Positions 28,892 to 38,830 of a stretch of DNA of 57,222 nucleotides are shown here, piece after piece. The notes below the pieces were generated by a model that was not told the origin of the DNA, did no database searches, and saw only the letters and a list, made by a program, of their open reading frames with translations. Every line of letters starts with the position of its first letter. The stretch's first letter is position 1. This stretch comes from an uncultured Gammaproteobacteria bacterium. GTDB taxonomy: Bacteria; Patescibacteriota; Patescibacteriia; Magasanikbacterales; JBBTXJ01. Both the position numbers and the translations under genes were made by a program. Where the stretch lies: contig CAZSVL010000001.1 in the NCBI GenBank assembly GCA_964610305.1, positions 174,781 through 232,002 of the forward strand, given 5' to 3'.

Positions 28892-30211
28892 TTAGCTTTC
28901 AGTTACTATCATTGTACCCCTCACCATTCCCATAGAGCAACTAAACGTGTGTCGCCCTGCTTGGGTAGGAGTAAAACGAACAGTATTCATGCCCGGACGC
29001 AAGTAAGTATTAATCCCAAGACCTCGTGACACAAGAGAGCTTGAGCATCCCATCCTGTCTGCTCCATATATTTGCCACTCCACCGGAATACCCTTCTGCA
29101 CGGATAAAACAGCAGGCGCATAAGAGAGTCTGCTGGTAACTTCCATTTGAATGAGTTGTTTTCCATTTACAACAACAGGACCTGAAGAAACCTCTGCTTT
29201 AGCAAGGGAAGAACCTGGATCAAATCCCATAAGCGTGGCGCCATTTGCTGTATTGCTGATTCCCAAAACCATGACAAAAGCTCCCGCAAATTTTGTGAAT
29301 CGCTTAAGGGTTTTGCCTGACGAAAATGAAGCCATGGATCCGACACCAAAAAGTGCTGGCATGGTGCCAAGCGCAAACACCGTCATTACAAGACTAGCCT
29401 GAAGCGGGCTCTGGAGTGAAAGTGCGTAAAGCTGCATTGACTGCGTAAACCCGCATGGAAGAAAGAAGGTGGCTGCTCCAAGAAGCGCCGGAGCAAAAGG
29501 ACTCTTGGACTCGGCCAAATTATGAATCCTATGAGAGAGCCATTTCGGCGTTCGCAAGAAATGTGCAGGAAATAGCTCAAGTAGGCTGATTCCTAGAAGA
29601 ATCATGAACATCGCAATAATCAGCACAAAGAAGCCGTTAAGCATGGGACTAAGCGTTACTGCAGATCCAATAAGCCCAATGAGCGCGCCAAAGATAGCAA
29701 ACCCTACTAATCTACCAAGATTAAAGTATATGTGAGGTCTCATCTTAAGCCGCTTTGATAGGCCCTCTTGCTGTTTTGCCATCTGGCTTGACACTGCCAC
29801 CACAAGACCACCAACAACCGCCGTACAGGAGGAAACTGACGCTACTAGACCAATTGCGAGCACTGCAAGAAGTCCTGCCGGTTCACTAGTGGAAGGGCTA
29901 AAAGTAAGCAGGCCGGTTTTATCAAGTGCTAGGTAGAGGGCGAGTATCATTACCATCACACCGCCAATGTGCATCCAACTCTTTCTTTGTCCAGCACTTG
30001 CAAATGGCTTATCTGCGGCACTATAACCGTGCTCTTTAATTAGATTTTGAATCTCTGACACATAAACCTGCCGATCAGCGTATATGCTCAGTGATCCCTT
30101 TCTGTGAGAAACTTTTGCATTTTTTACACCCTTTAGCTTTCTAACGGCGCGCTCGATAGTTACTTCGCAACTATGGCACGTGGTTCCTGAAACGTAGAAT
30201 TTTTGAGACAT
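28892..30211 (-). CDS. HMA + DsbD_2/TauE-like membrane + cupredoxin-like protein
   Basis: [26 protein letters not shown]-terminal FSCSMGM; start moved to 30211. Confidence 0.85.
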   Translation of the reverse strand: MSQKFYVSGTTCHSCEVTIERAVRKLKGVKNAKVSHRKGSLSIYADRQVYVSEIQNLIKEHGYSAADKPFASAGQRKSWMHIGGVMVMILALYLALDKTGLLTFSPSTSEPAGLLAVLAIGLVASVSSCTAVVGGLVVAVSSQMAKQQEGLSKRLKMRPHIYFNLGRLVGFAIFGALIGLIGSAVTLSPMLNGFFVLIIAMFMILLGISLLELFPAHFLRTPKWLSHRIHNLAESKSPFAPALLGAATFFLPCGFTQSMQLYALSLQSPLQASLVMTVFALGTMPALFGVGSMASFSSGKTLKRFTKFAGAFVMVLGISNTANGATLMGFDPGSSLAKAEVSSGPVVVNGKQLIQMEVTSRLSYAPAVLSVQKGIPVEWQIYGADRMGCSSSLVSRGLGINTYLRPGMNTVRFTPTQAGRHTFSCSMGMVRGTMIVTES

Positions 30212-30253
30212 AAAAACGAGAATTAATAGCAAAAAACAAACTACGCCTTTGCT

Positions 30254-30637
30254 TTATTCTCGTTTTTGGATCGTTAAGATGTTGTATAAAGTGTCCCCCA
30301 AGCCGGGTGGCGCCTTGGTAGGCAAACTAATTTTGGACAAAGTATCCGCCGGAGCATCTTCCCGAGCGAGGGGCACACTTTCTATTAAATCTCTTTGCGC
30401 TGCGGAATTCACCACTTCTGTGTCTGCCTGATCCAAACAGTGATCCACGCAGGCCATATCCTCTTGGCTTGGCTGGCAATCAGTACTGCAATCCGATCTA
30501 ATGGATGCAGAGTGATCCATTCCCATCATGTCTACCCCATTGAGGTGCATTGTCAAAGGTGAGCCCACGAAAAATAGCATCCCAAGAACAAGTGAGACAG
30601 ACAAAGACAGGCATTGCATTTTTTTCATCGCAGACAT
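30254..30637 (-). CDS. Small exported Cys/Met/His-rich protein, first gene of the copper locus
   Basis: Signal-like N-terminus; MMGMDH, CxxxC, CVDHC. Confidence 0.6.
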   Translation of the reverse strand: MSAMKKMQCLSLSVSLVLGMLFFVGSPLTMHLNGVDMMGMDHSASIRSDCSTDCQPSQEDMACVDHCLDQADTEVVNSAAQRDLIESVPLAREDAPADTLSKISLPTKAPPGLGDTLYNILTIQKRE

Positions 30638-30680
30638 AGTGACATATTAGCAGGTTGCGCTGCAGGCTACAAGCTACAAC

Positions 30681-30709
30681 TTGACACACCGGGAAAACTA
30701 TGCTAATCT
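30681..30709 (+). promoter_or_regulatory. sigma70 promoter
   Basis: TTGACA-17 nt-TAATCT with TGn extension. Confidence 0.75.
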
Positions 30710-30747
30710 CTTGTTAACTTTGAAGTTGCTTTCTGAGGGAGTAAATC

Positions 30748-31056
30748 ATGGAAGAAGGTCTTAAGATCCTCTCTGGGCCAGACAAATGGCAGCTTATTCT
30801 TGCTCTTTTTGAACCAGATCAGTGCAATATGGTTCCCTTTGAGATTGAGGGCGAACCGGACGGCAACACATGGGTATCTGTTGGATCAGGCACCAGAAAA
30901 GATGGTGATGGACAGGAGTGGGAGCTAGATTGTCTCATTCCTTTCACCGGTGGTTGGCATATTCGAGTTCAGTATTCTCTGAAGACATGCACGGGCATGG
31001 TTCTGAAATCCTGGCAAGATGAATCAGAATCAGACGATGCTTCACAAGGAGTTTGA
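30748..31056 (+). CDS. Hypothetical protein
   Basis: Promoter and SD GAGGGAG upstream. Confidence 0.7.
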   Translation: MEEGLKILSGPDKWQLILALFEPDQCNMVPFEIEGEPDGNTWVSVGSGTRKDGDGQEWELDCLIPFTGGWHIRVQYSLKTCTGMVLKSWQDESESDDASQGV

Positions 31057-31057
31057 A

Positions 31058-31327
31058 ATGGCAAGAAAAACTGGTGATCTAATAGCATGCCTGCGCGAGA
31101 CTCTGCACCATGTGTCTCACGCCAACACAAAGGCAGTAGCGTTTCACATCATGCGCGATGGTGTGGAATCACAAACACTTGTGACGGGCAGACTTGATCT
31201 GATCCGAGACGAGTTGCAGACGGCCATGACGCAGCTTAAGAGAATCAAAGAGGTTGCTGATAAGCAAGGTCTCTCAGAGATTCTAGACATCTTAAACGAA
31301 AAGGTAGAATTCGGCCACGACTTCTAA
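31058..31327 (+). CDS. Hypothetical helical protein
   Basis: SD AAGGAG before ATG 31058; terminator-like hairpin at about 31350-31380. Confidence 0.65.
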   Translation: MARKTGDLIACLRETLHHVSHANTKAVAFHIMRDGVESQTLVTGRLDLIRDELQTAMTQLKRIKEVADKQGLSEILDILNEKVEFGHDF

Positions 31328-31387
31328 ATATACCTAAGTAATTCATACGCGGCTTTGGACCCACCAAGGCCGTTTTTTTATGACTTC

Positions 31388-31416
31388 TTGACAGATAGCC
31401 ATAAATTTGTTACGGT
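31388..31416 (+). promoter_or_regulatory. sigma70 promoter
   Basis: TTGACA-17 nt-TACGGT with TGn extension. Confidence 0.65.
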
Positions 31417-31443
31417 TACAGTAGGTCATTGCAAGGAGGTTTG

Positions 31444-31668
31444 ATGCCAGATTCCGTAAAAGTATACGTTGTCATTGCAATTTGTGGCATGCTTGGGTGG
31501 CTGCTACCACTTAACGCTCTTGTTGCCGTCTCTGTCTTGGTGTCTCTGCCATGTCTTTTTCTAGCAGTCAAGTTGTGGAGCTCTAGGACGGGCGGTCCTG
31601 TTTTGCCGCTTGGTGTGCTTCTAGCGGTAAACAGCTCTATCTGGGGAGCTCACTACCTGCTAACATAA
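31444..31668 (+). CDS. Small hydrophobic membrane protein
   Basis: SD AAGGAGG before ATG 31444; nearly all hydrophobic. Confidence 0.65.
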   Translation: MPDSVKVYVVIAICGMLGWLLPLNALVAVSVLVSLPCLFLAVKLWSSRTGGPVLPLGVLLAVNSSIWGAHYLLT

Positions 31669-31793
31669 CTCGTAATAGACACTTAGGTCAATTCTGAATT
31701 CGCCCCACTGAGAACTGAACAACTCGGTCACCGTGGGGTTCTTTTTTATATACAGTGGGACAGCACAAATATCAGAATCAGGCAGCCATTGCG

Positions 31794-31830
31794 TACCAAA
31801 AAAAACAGTAGTAAACTACTGCTTTTTTTG
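31794..31830. terminator. Intrinsic terminator after giant gene
   Basis: A-run-CAGTAG-TAAA-CTACTG-C-T-run. Confidence 0.75.
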
Positions 31831-34800
31831 CTACAGTCCAAATGCTTTTGCGGGGAGACTCCAGAAAATCATAAAGACGCTTGCAATACGCGAGAATACG
31901 CCCAAGGATGCGGCACCGCCTGGGCAATCTGCTGCGCACGAGTTAGAATCTTCATCTGCATCGCACATTAAGTCTCCACAATATGAATTAACGGTGTAAG
32001 AATCAGTTTTAGTAACCACGTTACCACCTCTGTCTGTAACCGTAATGGTGTAACTATAAGCTCCAGGCGCCTGATCGCCCGTTAGCGCCATCTGGTGGTA
32101 TTTTGAAAGCGGTGTGGTGTGGGTCTGCCCAGCAGCATCAAGATGACCGGTAGTCTCCTCATCCGTAACCCATGCAAAGGTGATAACGCCCTTATTTTGA
32201 GCTGCGACGGCGGTGGTGATCTTTGGTGGCGTTACATCAGTGCCTTTGGTAGTAATAGAATAGATATCTGATACTGAGGTATTTCCAGCTGCGTCCGTGG
32301 CCTCTATGGTGAAGTAGTACGTAGTTATAGGCGCTAGACCTGGTGTTCCAAGTGTACACGCCAGACCGTCCGAGTGCTTATGTACAGACCATGATGGATA
32401 CCCCATGTTAGGATCTTCTGAGTAATTCAGCTTTAGTGAGGCCTCTTCATCCAAGCTGCAGCTAATGGCTGCCGTTGTGTCAGAAGAGAGCGATGGCACA
32501 ACGTTTGAGATCACCGGAGGTATCGTGTCAGGGATGCTATCCGCGCAAACTCCGCCGCTGCAAGCAATTGGACAACTATAGTATTCAATTCCGATGATAT
32601 CATTTGCTAGACAGTGATTCTCTGCCAGTTTTCCTTTATTAACACCACTTTCAACGCACAAATCTTCTCTGATCACTAGGGTCTGTCCGTCAGCGGCAAA
32701 GCCGGTGGTGGAACCTTTGCTACTGTAGTCTTTTCCACCGTCAGAATCCGTGCAGATAGCTTTGCAGTCTGATGGGCATGAGTCCTTTGACTCTGAAGCA
32801 TCGCACACTCCATCATTATTACAGCTTGCTACAGGACTATCGCAGCCACTAGGACATCCGCTCTCCTCATAAAACGTGCATCCGTCGGGACACTGATCTA
32901 AATTGCAAGAGCCATCTTCTTTTGTATACGTGTCTGGCGTGCATGTTTGAGCGCTACAGTCATCCGGACATGTTGCAAAGGATTCTCCCGTGCTGCATGT
33001 TCCGTCTCCGCAATTGCCAGAAGCTATAGAGCATCCATCTGCGCAGCTATTGGAATCATAAGTACATCCGTCTGTACAATAAGATGTTTCGCAGTAATTG
33101 TATTTATTTGTTTGACCATTAAATTTGGTTGGCGTGCACACTGATCCACTACCGCAATCATCTGCGCACGTGCTGTAGCCTTCTCCTACGTCACAGACGC
33201 CGTTGTTGTTACATGTTGGCGGAATATGATCATCGCCCTCACAGTACGTCTCAAACCATTTGCAACCTGGCTGATCATAACACATTGACTCTTGCGCATT
33301 ATCGCGACAATCGCCTAGCAGCGCGCAGTCTTTACAATTTTCTCCCTCACCTTTCTCACACTGGCCGTTATAATTACACGTTTGCGATCCAGAGCAATCC
33401 TCCGGACAGCTCCCTGGCGTCTCGCTACGCTCACACAGATTATTTCCGCAATACGGCGTGGTGTCCAGTACTACACACGCCCCGTCATGGCAGACGGATC
33501 CGCTTACCTCATTGGGGCAGTAAATTCCGTGTGGAGCCGGAGAGAAGGCTGCCTGCACCTGTGAAGTCATCGCCATAGAAGGAATATTGCCATCACAATA
33601 GTACTCTAGCAGCATGTCTCCCTGACAAACATCGGTGTAACTGCCCTTTTCATCTGTTACGGTTCCTTTCGCTGTGTAATCTTTGCCTGCGTCAGTATCT
33701 ACACACGATCCACTGTAGGTGCAGTCGCTACATGATTCTGCGTTTTCGTCTGCATTACAAATACCATCATTGTTACATGGATCTGCGCAACTGGTCACAC
33801 AGCCGTTATCGTCATAATTGCAGCCCCATCCGCAGAATGAATAACCACAGTCCCAGGCTCTGCCTGAAGGATTAAGGCCATCAACGGGACAGTCAGGAGC
33901 TCCGCAATCTTCTGGACACGAGCCGCTGTTTTCAAAGGCGTTACAACTGCCATCGCCGCACTCGCCGCCGGTCATACCTCCACAACCTTTTGGACAGCCC
34001 TTGCCATCAAAATTACACCATGTGTCAATGTTATTTTGGTCAGGTGGGCATGCAGAGCAGGCGCTGTAATTATCGCAGTATGACCCTTCTTTTACGCATC
34101 CACGAACCGTATCATCCCAGTACCACCCCGCTCCGCAGCGGTCATCTACTTGGCAATCTGAGCAGCTGGCAACCTCATGCGGATCGCAGTAACCGTTGTA
34201 GTTACATTCATTTGGCGCTCTGCAATCATTAGGACATGAATATTCTGTTTCATTGTTATCGCATCTGCCATCATAATTACACGCACTTGGCTCGCCACAG
34301 TCTTGCGGACAGCTTCCTCTGTTCTCTTCTGGATCACAATAGTTGTTGTAGTTACAGTAAGACTGCTCCTGACAGTCTACCGGGCAGCCATTCTCCCAAA
34401 CACAGCCGTTACTACAATAGCTATAATCACAGAAAACATCTCCGCTGAATGCGTTAAAGTTGTCTGCCTTACATTGATTCTTATGCTCATCTGGCTCACA
34501 ATATCCTAGGTGCTCGTTCCAGTGCGCACCCGGTCCACAGTCTCTAAAAGTTGGTGGTGGAATCCAGTAGGGATCTCTCACGCATGATTGCCGACCAAAA
34601 TCATAGTAAAATCCAGGACCACAGTCCGTTATAGGCGTTTCCTCAACTACACACTCTTTTCTGCCAAAATCCCAATACCCTCGCTCACAATACGGCACAA
34701 CCCACTCGCAGCCCGGTTCGCCTGCATGTGCTTGACAATATCTATCGCAATCCTCACCCTGAAAACACTTTCCGGCAAGTGGATTGTCTCTATAGTAATC

Positions 34801-36924
34801 AGATTTATCTCTTTCTATTTGATTTCGCTGTCTAATGAGCTCATCTGACAATCGCTCCTTCTCATGCCGAAAATCCTGCTCAATATATTGAACTTGAATT
34901 CCCTGACAGATCTCATCACACCACGGGTCCAGCTCTGTCCGCCTCTCAAAAATACGTTTTTGCTCTTCATAACGTGCTCCTACATCATCCACACGATCAT
35001 TTAATTTTTCATCCCACAGACGCTGCCGTGACTCAAAATCATCCCATGGAAGTGCATCTAATTTTTTCCAAAAATCTTCTTCTTTCTGCTGTTCTAAGCG
35101 GTCAAATTGGTGCCAGAGTTCTCGCTCCTCATAATCAAGTGAGGCTCGCGCAATTTCCTGCTCACGCTCCAGTCGTGTCTCTTCCATCCTGCGCACCTTA
35201 TACTGCATGGCATCCTGGAAGGAATTGTCATTTCTTCTAATTTCATTGATAACAAAATCTGATGAATCAAAGAACCGCTCGTGGAATCTATCAAACTGCT
35301 CAGGAATTACAATATCCTGCATGTGATCCCTCATGCGTTTGCTTTGGCGCTGCACAAATCTATCCTCAAATGACTTTTCAAAATCTAACTCTTCAAATAT
35401 TTCAATATCGTGCGGATCAAGGCTGGCGATCCTATCCATATACCTATCCCCTTCTATTCTAAATCGCCGGTGCATGTCTCGCTCCATGTCGTCCTCTAAG
35501 CTATCCAAAAAGGCTGCTTTTGTTGGATCAGATCTTACCTCCTGCTCAAGCTCTCTGAGTAGCTTGAAAGTCTTTGGATTTGGATTTTCCTGTGCATCAC
35601 GCGATAGTTTTTCAAAAAGAGCGGCCTGATTTTGAGATTCCACGTCAGAAAACGCAGACTTAAATTCTGCTACTGATGCGTCGTGATACTCCTCCACAAA
35701 GGCGCGCCCCTTGCTCTGGTCTCCCATTCTGTTACGCAGCTCTTCTAGCGCGATAAGATCGTCAAGATCATGAGCATCAAACTGCTTAACTAAACTAGCC
35801 TGAACATCTTCATCCTCTATAATCTCCAACTTTTGCACGAATTTTCTTGCAACAATCTCTTTTGCCTCCTCAATTGCACCCAAAATCTCAGGCGGAATAT
35901 TAGTGGACTGCTTAATTTCTTCAAGAAGACCCATGAGCTTTGTTTCATCTGCAGTAGCATGCTCAACATATTTTTCAAATTTTTCTGCGCGGACCACTTC
36001 TGGCAGAGCCTTTATGCGCGTCTCAAATTTTTCAATGGTGTTCTTTTTTGCAATTGCTATGGTCTCTTGCACATTCTGCGGGGCAGAATCGGCCATAGCC
36101 TCTAAAATTTCCAGATTTTTCAGATCTCTAAACTCAGAGCCACCCTGCGTGTCCATAATACGGGTAACGCGCTCTGTCAGCACATCTGGCTCCTCATCAA
36201 CCTCTAAAAGTATATCGGTAAAATTATTAATGGACGCTTTTTTGGTCTCATTAACACTTGAGAGCACACGCTCTATTCTCACATCCACTTTTACACCTTG
36301 CTGCTGCGCATCTACTTTAACCTCAATAACCTGTTTGGCAATAGTATCCAAAACTTTCTGCTGCTTAAGTTGTTTATCGGTAAGGTTGTTGAGTAGTTTA
36401 TCCACCAATTCTGGACTTGTTGTCTTTGCGTCTTTGAGCGAATCAGCTACATTGCGTACTGAAGATATTTTACTTTCAAAAACGCCCATCGCCCCCACAA
36501 TTACGGCGGGACTGATATTCCCAAGCCCTTTTTGTTTGATTAATTGATTGGTTTCTGAAAGCTGCTGATTGGCATGTTTAAGCTTAAGAGCAGCATCGTT
36601 TACCGGATCAACCGTCAACACTTCTTGCACACCTCTGCCTAATCGCTTAAAGAAATGCAGCGGACTGTCGGGCAAAATACGCGCCTTCACGGCTCCCAGA
36701 TCTTCAGCAGACACGGTCTCATCAGCCACAACTTCTGCCGGGCGATCATCTTGCAGAGTCGGCGACTGTTCTGGCTCCTGCGCCTGCGTCACGGTTGCAA
36801 ACAAAAAAACAGCGATTACAACAACGCTGATTCCAAGTGAAGCAAAGATTGTTCGTGATGGTGACACCTCCAACGAATGCATAGCATTAGTATACATCAC
36901 CGCACCCGTTTCCCTTGTGGACAA
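31831..36924 (-). CDS. Giant surface protein: TM/signal, DUF5667-like domain, helical stalk, Cys-rich repeats, two Ig/FN3-like modules (true start may be 36897 or 36882)
   Basis: ILPDSPLHFFKRLGRGVQ (DUF5667-like); many CNxDGxCxxxExxxxCPxDC units; two CxDxDxGKDYxxKG units; DTIPPVIS and DVTPPKIT modules. Confidence 0.85.
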   Translation of the reverse strand: MSTRETGAVMYTNAMHSLEVSPSRTIFASLGISVVVIAVFLFATVTQAQEPEQSPTLQDDRPAEVVADETVSAEDLGAVKARILPDSPLHFFKRLGRGVQEVLTVDPVNDAALKLKHANQQLSETNQLIKQKGLGNISPAVIVGAMGVFESKISSVRNVADSLKDAKTTSPELVDKLLNNLTDKQLKQQKVLDTIAKQVIEVKVDAQQQGVKVDVRIERVLSSVNETKKASINNFTDILLEVDEEPDVLTERVTRIMDTQGGSEFRDLKNLEILEAMADSAPQNVQETIAIAKKNTIEKFETRIKALPEVVRAEKFEKYVEHATADETKLMGLLEEIKQSTNIPPEILGAIEEAKEIVARKFVQKLEIIEDEDVQASLVKQFDAHDLDDLIALEELRNRMGDQSKGRAFVEEYHDASVAEFKSAFSDVESQNQAALFEKLSRDAQENPNPKTFKLLRELEQEVRSDPTKAAFLDSLEDDMERDMHRRFRIEGDRYMDRIASLDPHDIEIFEELDFEKSFEDRFVQRQSKRMRDHMQDIVIPEQFDRFHERFFDSSDFVINEIRRNDNSFQDAMQYKVRRMEETRLEREQEIARASLDYEERELWHQFDRLEQQKEEDFWKKLDALPWDDFESRQRLWDEKLNDRVDDVGARYEEQKRIFERRTELDPWCDEICQGIQVQYIEQDFRHEKERLSDELIRQRNQIERDKSDYYRDNPLAGKCFQGEDCDRYCQAHAGEPGCEWVVPYCERGYWDFGRKECVVEETPITDCGPGFYYDFGRQSCVRDPYWIPPPTFRDCGPGAHWNEHLGYCEPDEHKNQCKADNFNAFSGDVFCDYSYCSNGCVWENGCPVDCQEQSYCNYNNYCDPEENRGSCPQDCGEPSACNYDGRCDNNETEYSCPNDCRAPNECNYNGYCDPHEVASCSDCQVDDRCGAGWYWDDTVRGCVKEGSYCDNYSACSACPPDQNNIDTWCNFDGKGCPKGCGGMTGGECGDGSCNAFENSGSCPEDCGAPDCPVDGLNPSGRAWDCGYSFCGWGCNYDDNGCVTSCADPCNNDGICNADENAESCSDCTYSGSCVDTDAGKDYTAKGTVTDEKGSYTDVCQGDMLLEYYCDGNIPSMAMTSQVQAAFSPAPHGIYCPNEVSGSVCHDGACVVLDTTPYCGNNLCERSETPGSCPEDCSGSQTCNYNGQCEKGEGENCKDCALLGDCRDNAQESMCYDQPGCKWFETYCEGDDHIPPTCNNNGVCDVGEGYSTCADDCGSGSVCTPTKFNGQTNKYNYCETSYCTDGCTYDSNSCADGCSIASGNCGDGTCSTGESFATCPDDCSAQTCTPDTYTKEDGSCNLDQCPDGCTFYEESGCPSGCDSPVASCNNDGVCDASESKDSCPSDCKAICTDSDGGKDYSSKGSTTGFAADGQTLVIREDLCVESGVNKGKLAENHCLANDIIGIEYYSCPIACSGGVCADSIPDTIPPVISNVVPSLSSDTTAAISCSLDEEASLKLNYSEDPNMGYPSWSVHKHSDGLACTLGTPGLAPITTYYFTIEATDAAGNTSVSDIYSITTKGTDVTPPKITTAVAAQNKGVITFAWVTDEETTGHLDAAGQTHTTPLSKYHQMALTGDQAPGAYSYTITVTDRGGNVVTKTDSYTVNSYCGDLMCDADEDSNSCAADCPGGAASLGVFSRIASVFMIFWSLPAKAFGL

Positions 36925-37087
36925 CTGAGTCTCGCCGGTTTCTAGCGTCTACTACCGCTTAAAGGCCTTTTAGCTCCCCCAATTACCTGATTTCCGAACT
37001 TTTCTCTCTCTATACTCATGTCATGACAAGCATGACTTCATTACGGGAACACTCATTCTTGTTAAGAATGCACTCAGCGCCCACCCT

Positions 37088-37888
37088 CTAATCGGGAGAT
37101 GGTCCTCGTCTGCTACTTGAACCTGAAATGACACTTCGCAGACTATCAATTTCAGTGACTAAGGAAGAGTCACCCTTCTTTGTCGCAATTTTTTTTGCGC
37201 GCCACAAATAAAATAGCGCTTTATATTTATGAATGAGTCTGTACTCTACAGCACAATTATAATACACATATGACAGGCTTACGTCGTCGCCACCTTTCTT
37301 TGCGAGTTTTACGGCATGCTTCAGGTCTGCTATCCCTTCGGCTAGCAACTGTTTTAGTCTCTGTCGCCCGGCCTTCTCAAAAGTAAAATACCTCATCTTG
37401 TGTAGAATTGTTGGGTATTTCACAAGCCACTTCACCAAGAATGCACGCTTTATATACCTCGTGCTTTCAATGAGACGAAATGACAGACGTAATTGACCTC
37501 GCTTTAACACAATGCGTGTAAGAACTTCAAGGCTCTGGCTTTTTCTCGCCAAAGCCACCGCCCCATTAAGCAATTCTTCAATTTCAGCATAAATCCTTTC
37601 TTTCTGCTGGTCAAGCTCCTCACACTTATTAGCAATGCTCTCAAGCGCATGTCCAAACCATGAGCGATGGAGCATGTAATTTTGCTGTTCGTGGTCAAAA
37701 AGGGATACCTCAACGAAGAGTTCCGACGCTTTTCTTCTCATAGCGTAAGCTTCGACCCCTGTCATACCCTCTTGTCTGGCCAGCCTTCCTAGTTCATCGC
37801 ACTGCTCAATGATTCCATGGTGGCCCTCCCCTGCTCTATGCTTTTCAAGCTTAGCTATCAATTTTTGAATCTTTAATCTATTACTCAT
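37088..37888 (-). CDS. Hypothetical helical (TPR-like) cargo protein
   Basis: Helical pattern with TPR-like C-terminal part; starts 3 bp after the DUF4238-like gene. Confidence 0.65.
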   Translation of the reverse strand: MSNRLKIQKLIAKLEKHRAGEGHHGIIEQCDELGRLARQEGMTGVEAYAMRRKASELFVEVSLFDHEQQNYMLHRSWFGHALESIANKCEELDQQKERIYAEIEELLNGAVALARKSQSLEVLTRIVLKRGQLRLSFRLIESTRYIKRAFLVKWLVKYPTILHKMRYFTFEKAGRQRLKQLLAEGIADLKHAVKLAKKGGDDVSLSYVYYNCAVEYRLIHKYKALFYLWRAKKIATKKGDSSLVTEIDSLRSVISGSSSRRGPSPD

Positions 37889-37891
37889 ATG

Positions 37892-38803
37892 TTACCACCG
37901 TCTCATTTTGCGCTTTATAGCAAAAACTAACAGCTTCACTTTGTGTCTGACAATTTTCAGAAAAAAAAGGAAACTGAGAGGATACCTGCTCCACCAAAAG
38001 CGCTTTGGTTTTTTCCGGTGTGATATGAACTCCTTGTAACATTGGGAGCGAATGCGCCGGTTAAGTTCCTCGACCATCCCCTTTTGGATAGTTATATACC
38101 CACGTAGCGGTTGCCAGCTAAAACACACAGCAATGTCTGGTGAAATTGGCATGACAAGTTCCGTGTGCTCATATGCTAGGCCATGTGGGTAAAATCTTTG
38201 CCACTGCATTTTCGTATTGAAAAGGGTGACTGGACTATCAGACGTGATGAAACTCGCATCCGGGTGACTATACACCAAAAAAGACAGGTCCATGCTGATT
38301 AGGGTTTTTGCTACCTCGGCTGTTGCACTAGGCAAAGACTGCTTATGTATGTCTTCCCTCATTTCCTCCCAGTATTCGGTGGGGTAACCTCTTTCATCAT
38401 CCCACTCTTTCATCTGGTCTATGAACGATTCTAGTTGTTTCTTTGCGTAACGCGTGCGAGCCATTTGCGCAGCAACAAACACGCAAAGAATTACATGCTC
38501 ATCATCTGTAAGTGGTTGGGTAGAAGATATTTTGTTGCGATAGATATTGGCATACCTTGCCTCGAGGTCTGACAAGCCAACCTCAAGTGTGTAATCCTTT
38601 ACACCATTATTCAACTCATAAGTATATATATGATTTTCCCTGAATGTTTGTTCAGGTGTACCCTTTCTAATGCTCTTTCCGTCTTTTGAGACTACCCAAA
38701 AATAAGGCTTTTTTTCAGGGCTGTCAGGGTCCACAAAATTGGACAAGTGAGTCTTTGGAACATAATGCTGCCCCTTTGGGTTACTCATAAATAAATTATT
38801 CAA
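37892..38803 (-). CDS. DUF4238-like protein
   Basis: HYVPKTHLSNF, FITSDSPV, MPISPDIAV motifs. Confidence 0.8.
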   Translation of the reverse strand: MNNLFMSNPKGQHYVPKTHLSNFVDPDSPEKKPYFWVVSKDGKSIRKGTPEQTFRENHIYTYELNNGVKDYTLEVGLSDLEARYANIYRNKISSTQPLTDDEHVILCVFVAAQMARTRYAKKQLESFIDQMKEWDDERGYPTEYWEEMREDIHKQSLPSATAEVAKTLISMDLSFLVYSHPDASFITSDSPVTLFNTKMQWQRFYPHGLAYEHTELVMPISPDIAVCFSWQPLRGYITIQKGMVEELNRRIRSQCYKEFISHRKKPKRFWWSRYPLSFLFFLKIVRHKVKLLVFAIKRKMRRW

Positions 38804-38830
38804 AATGGTATACTACGGCAAGCAAAGTGT

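Noticed and set aside
31733-36928. Numerous plus-strand ORFs within the giant gene
   Set aside because: Antisense by-products of a long coding region
36882-36970. DnaA box TTGTCCACA at 36916-36924 as origin signal
   Set aside because: Single imperfect box, no cluster, AT-rich unwinding region or dnaA nearby
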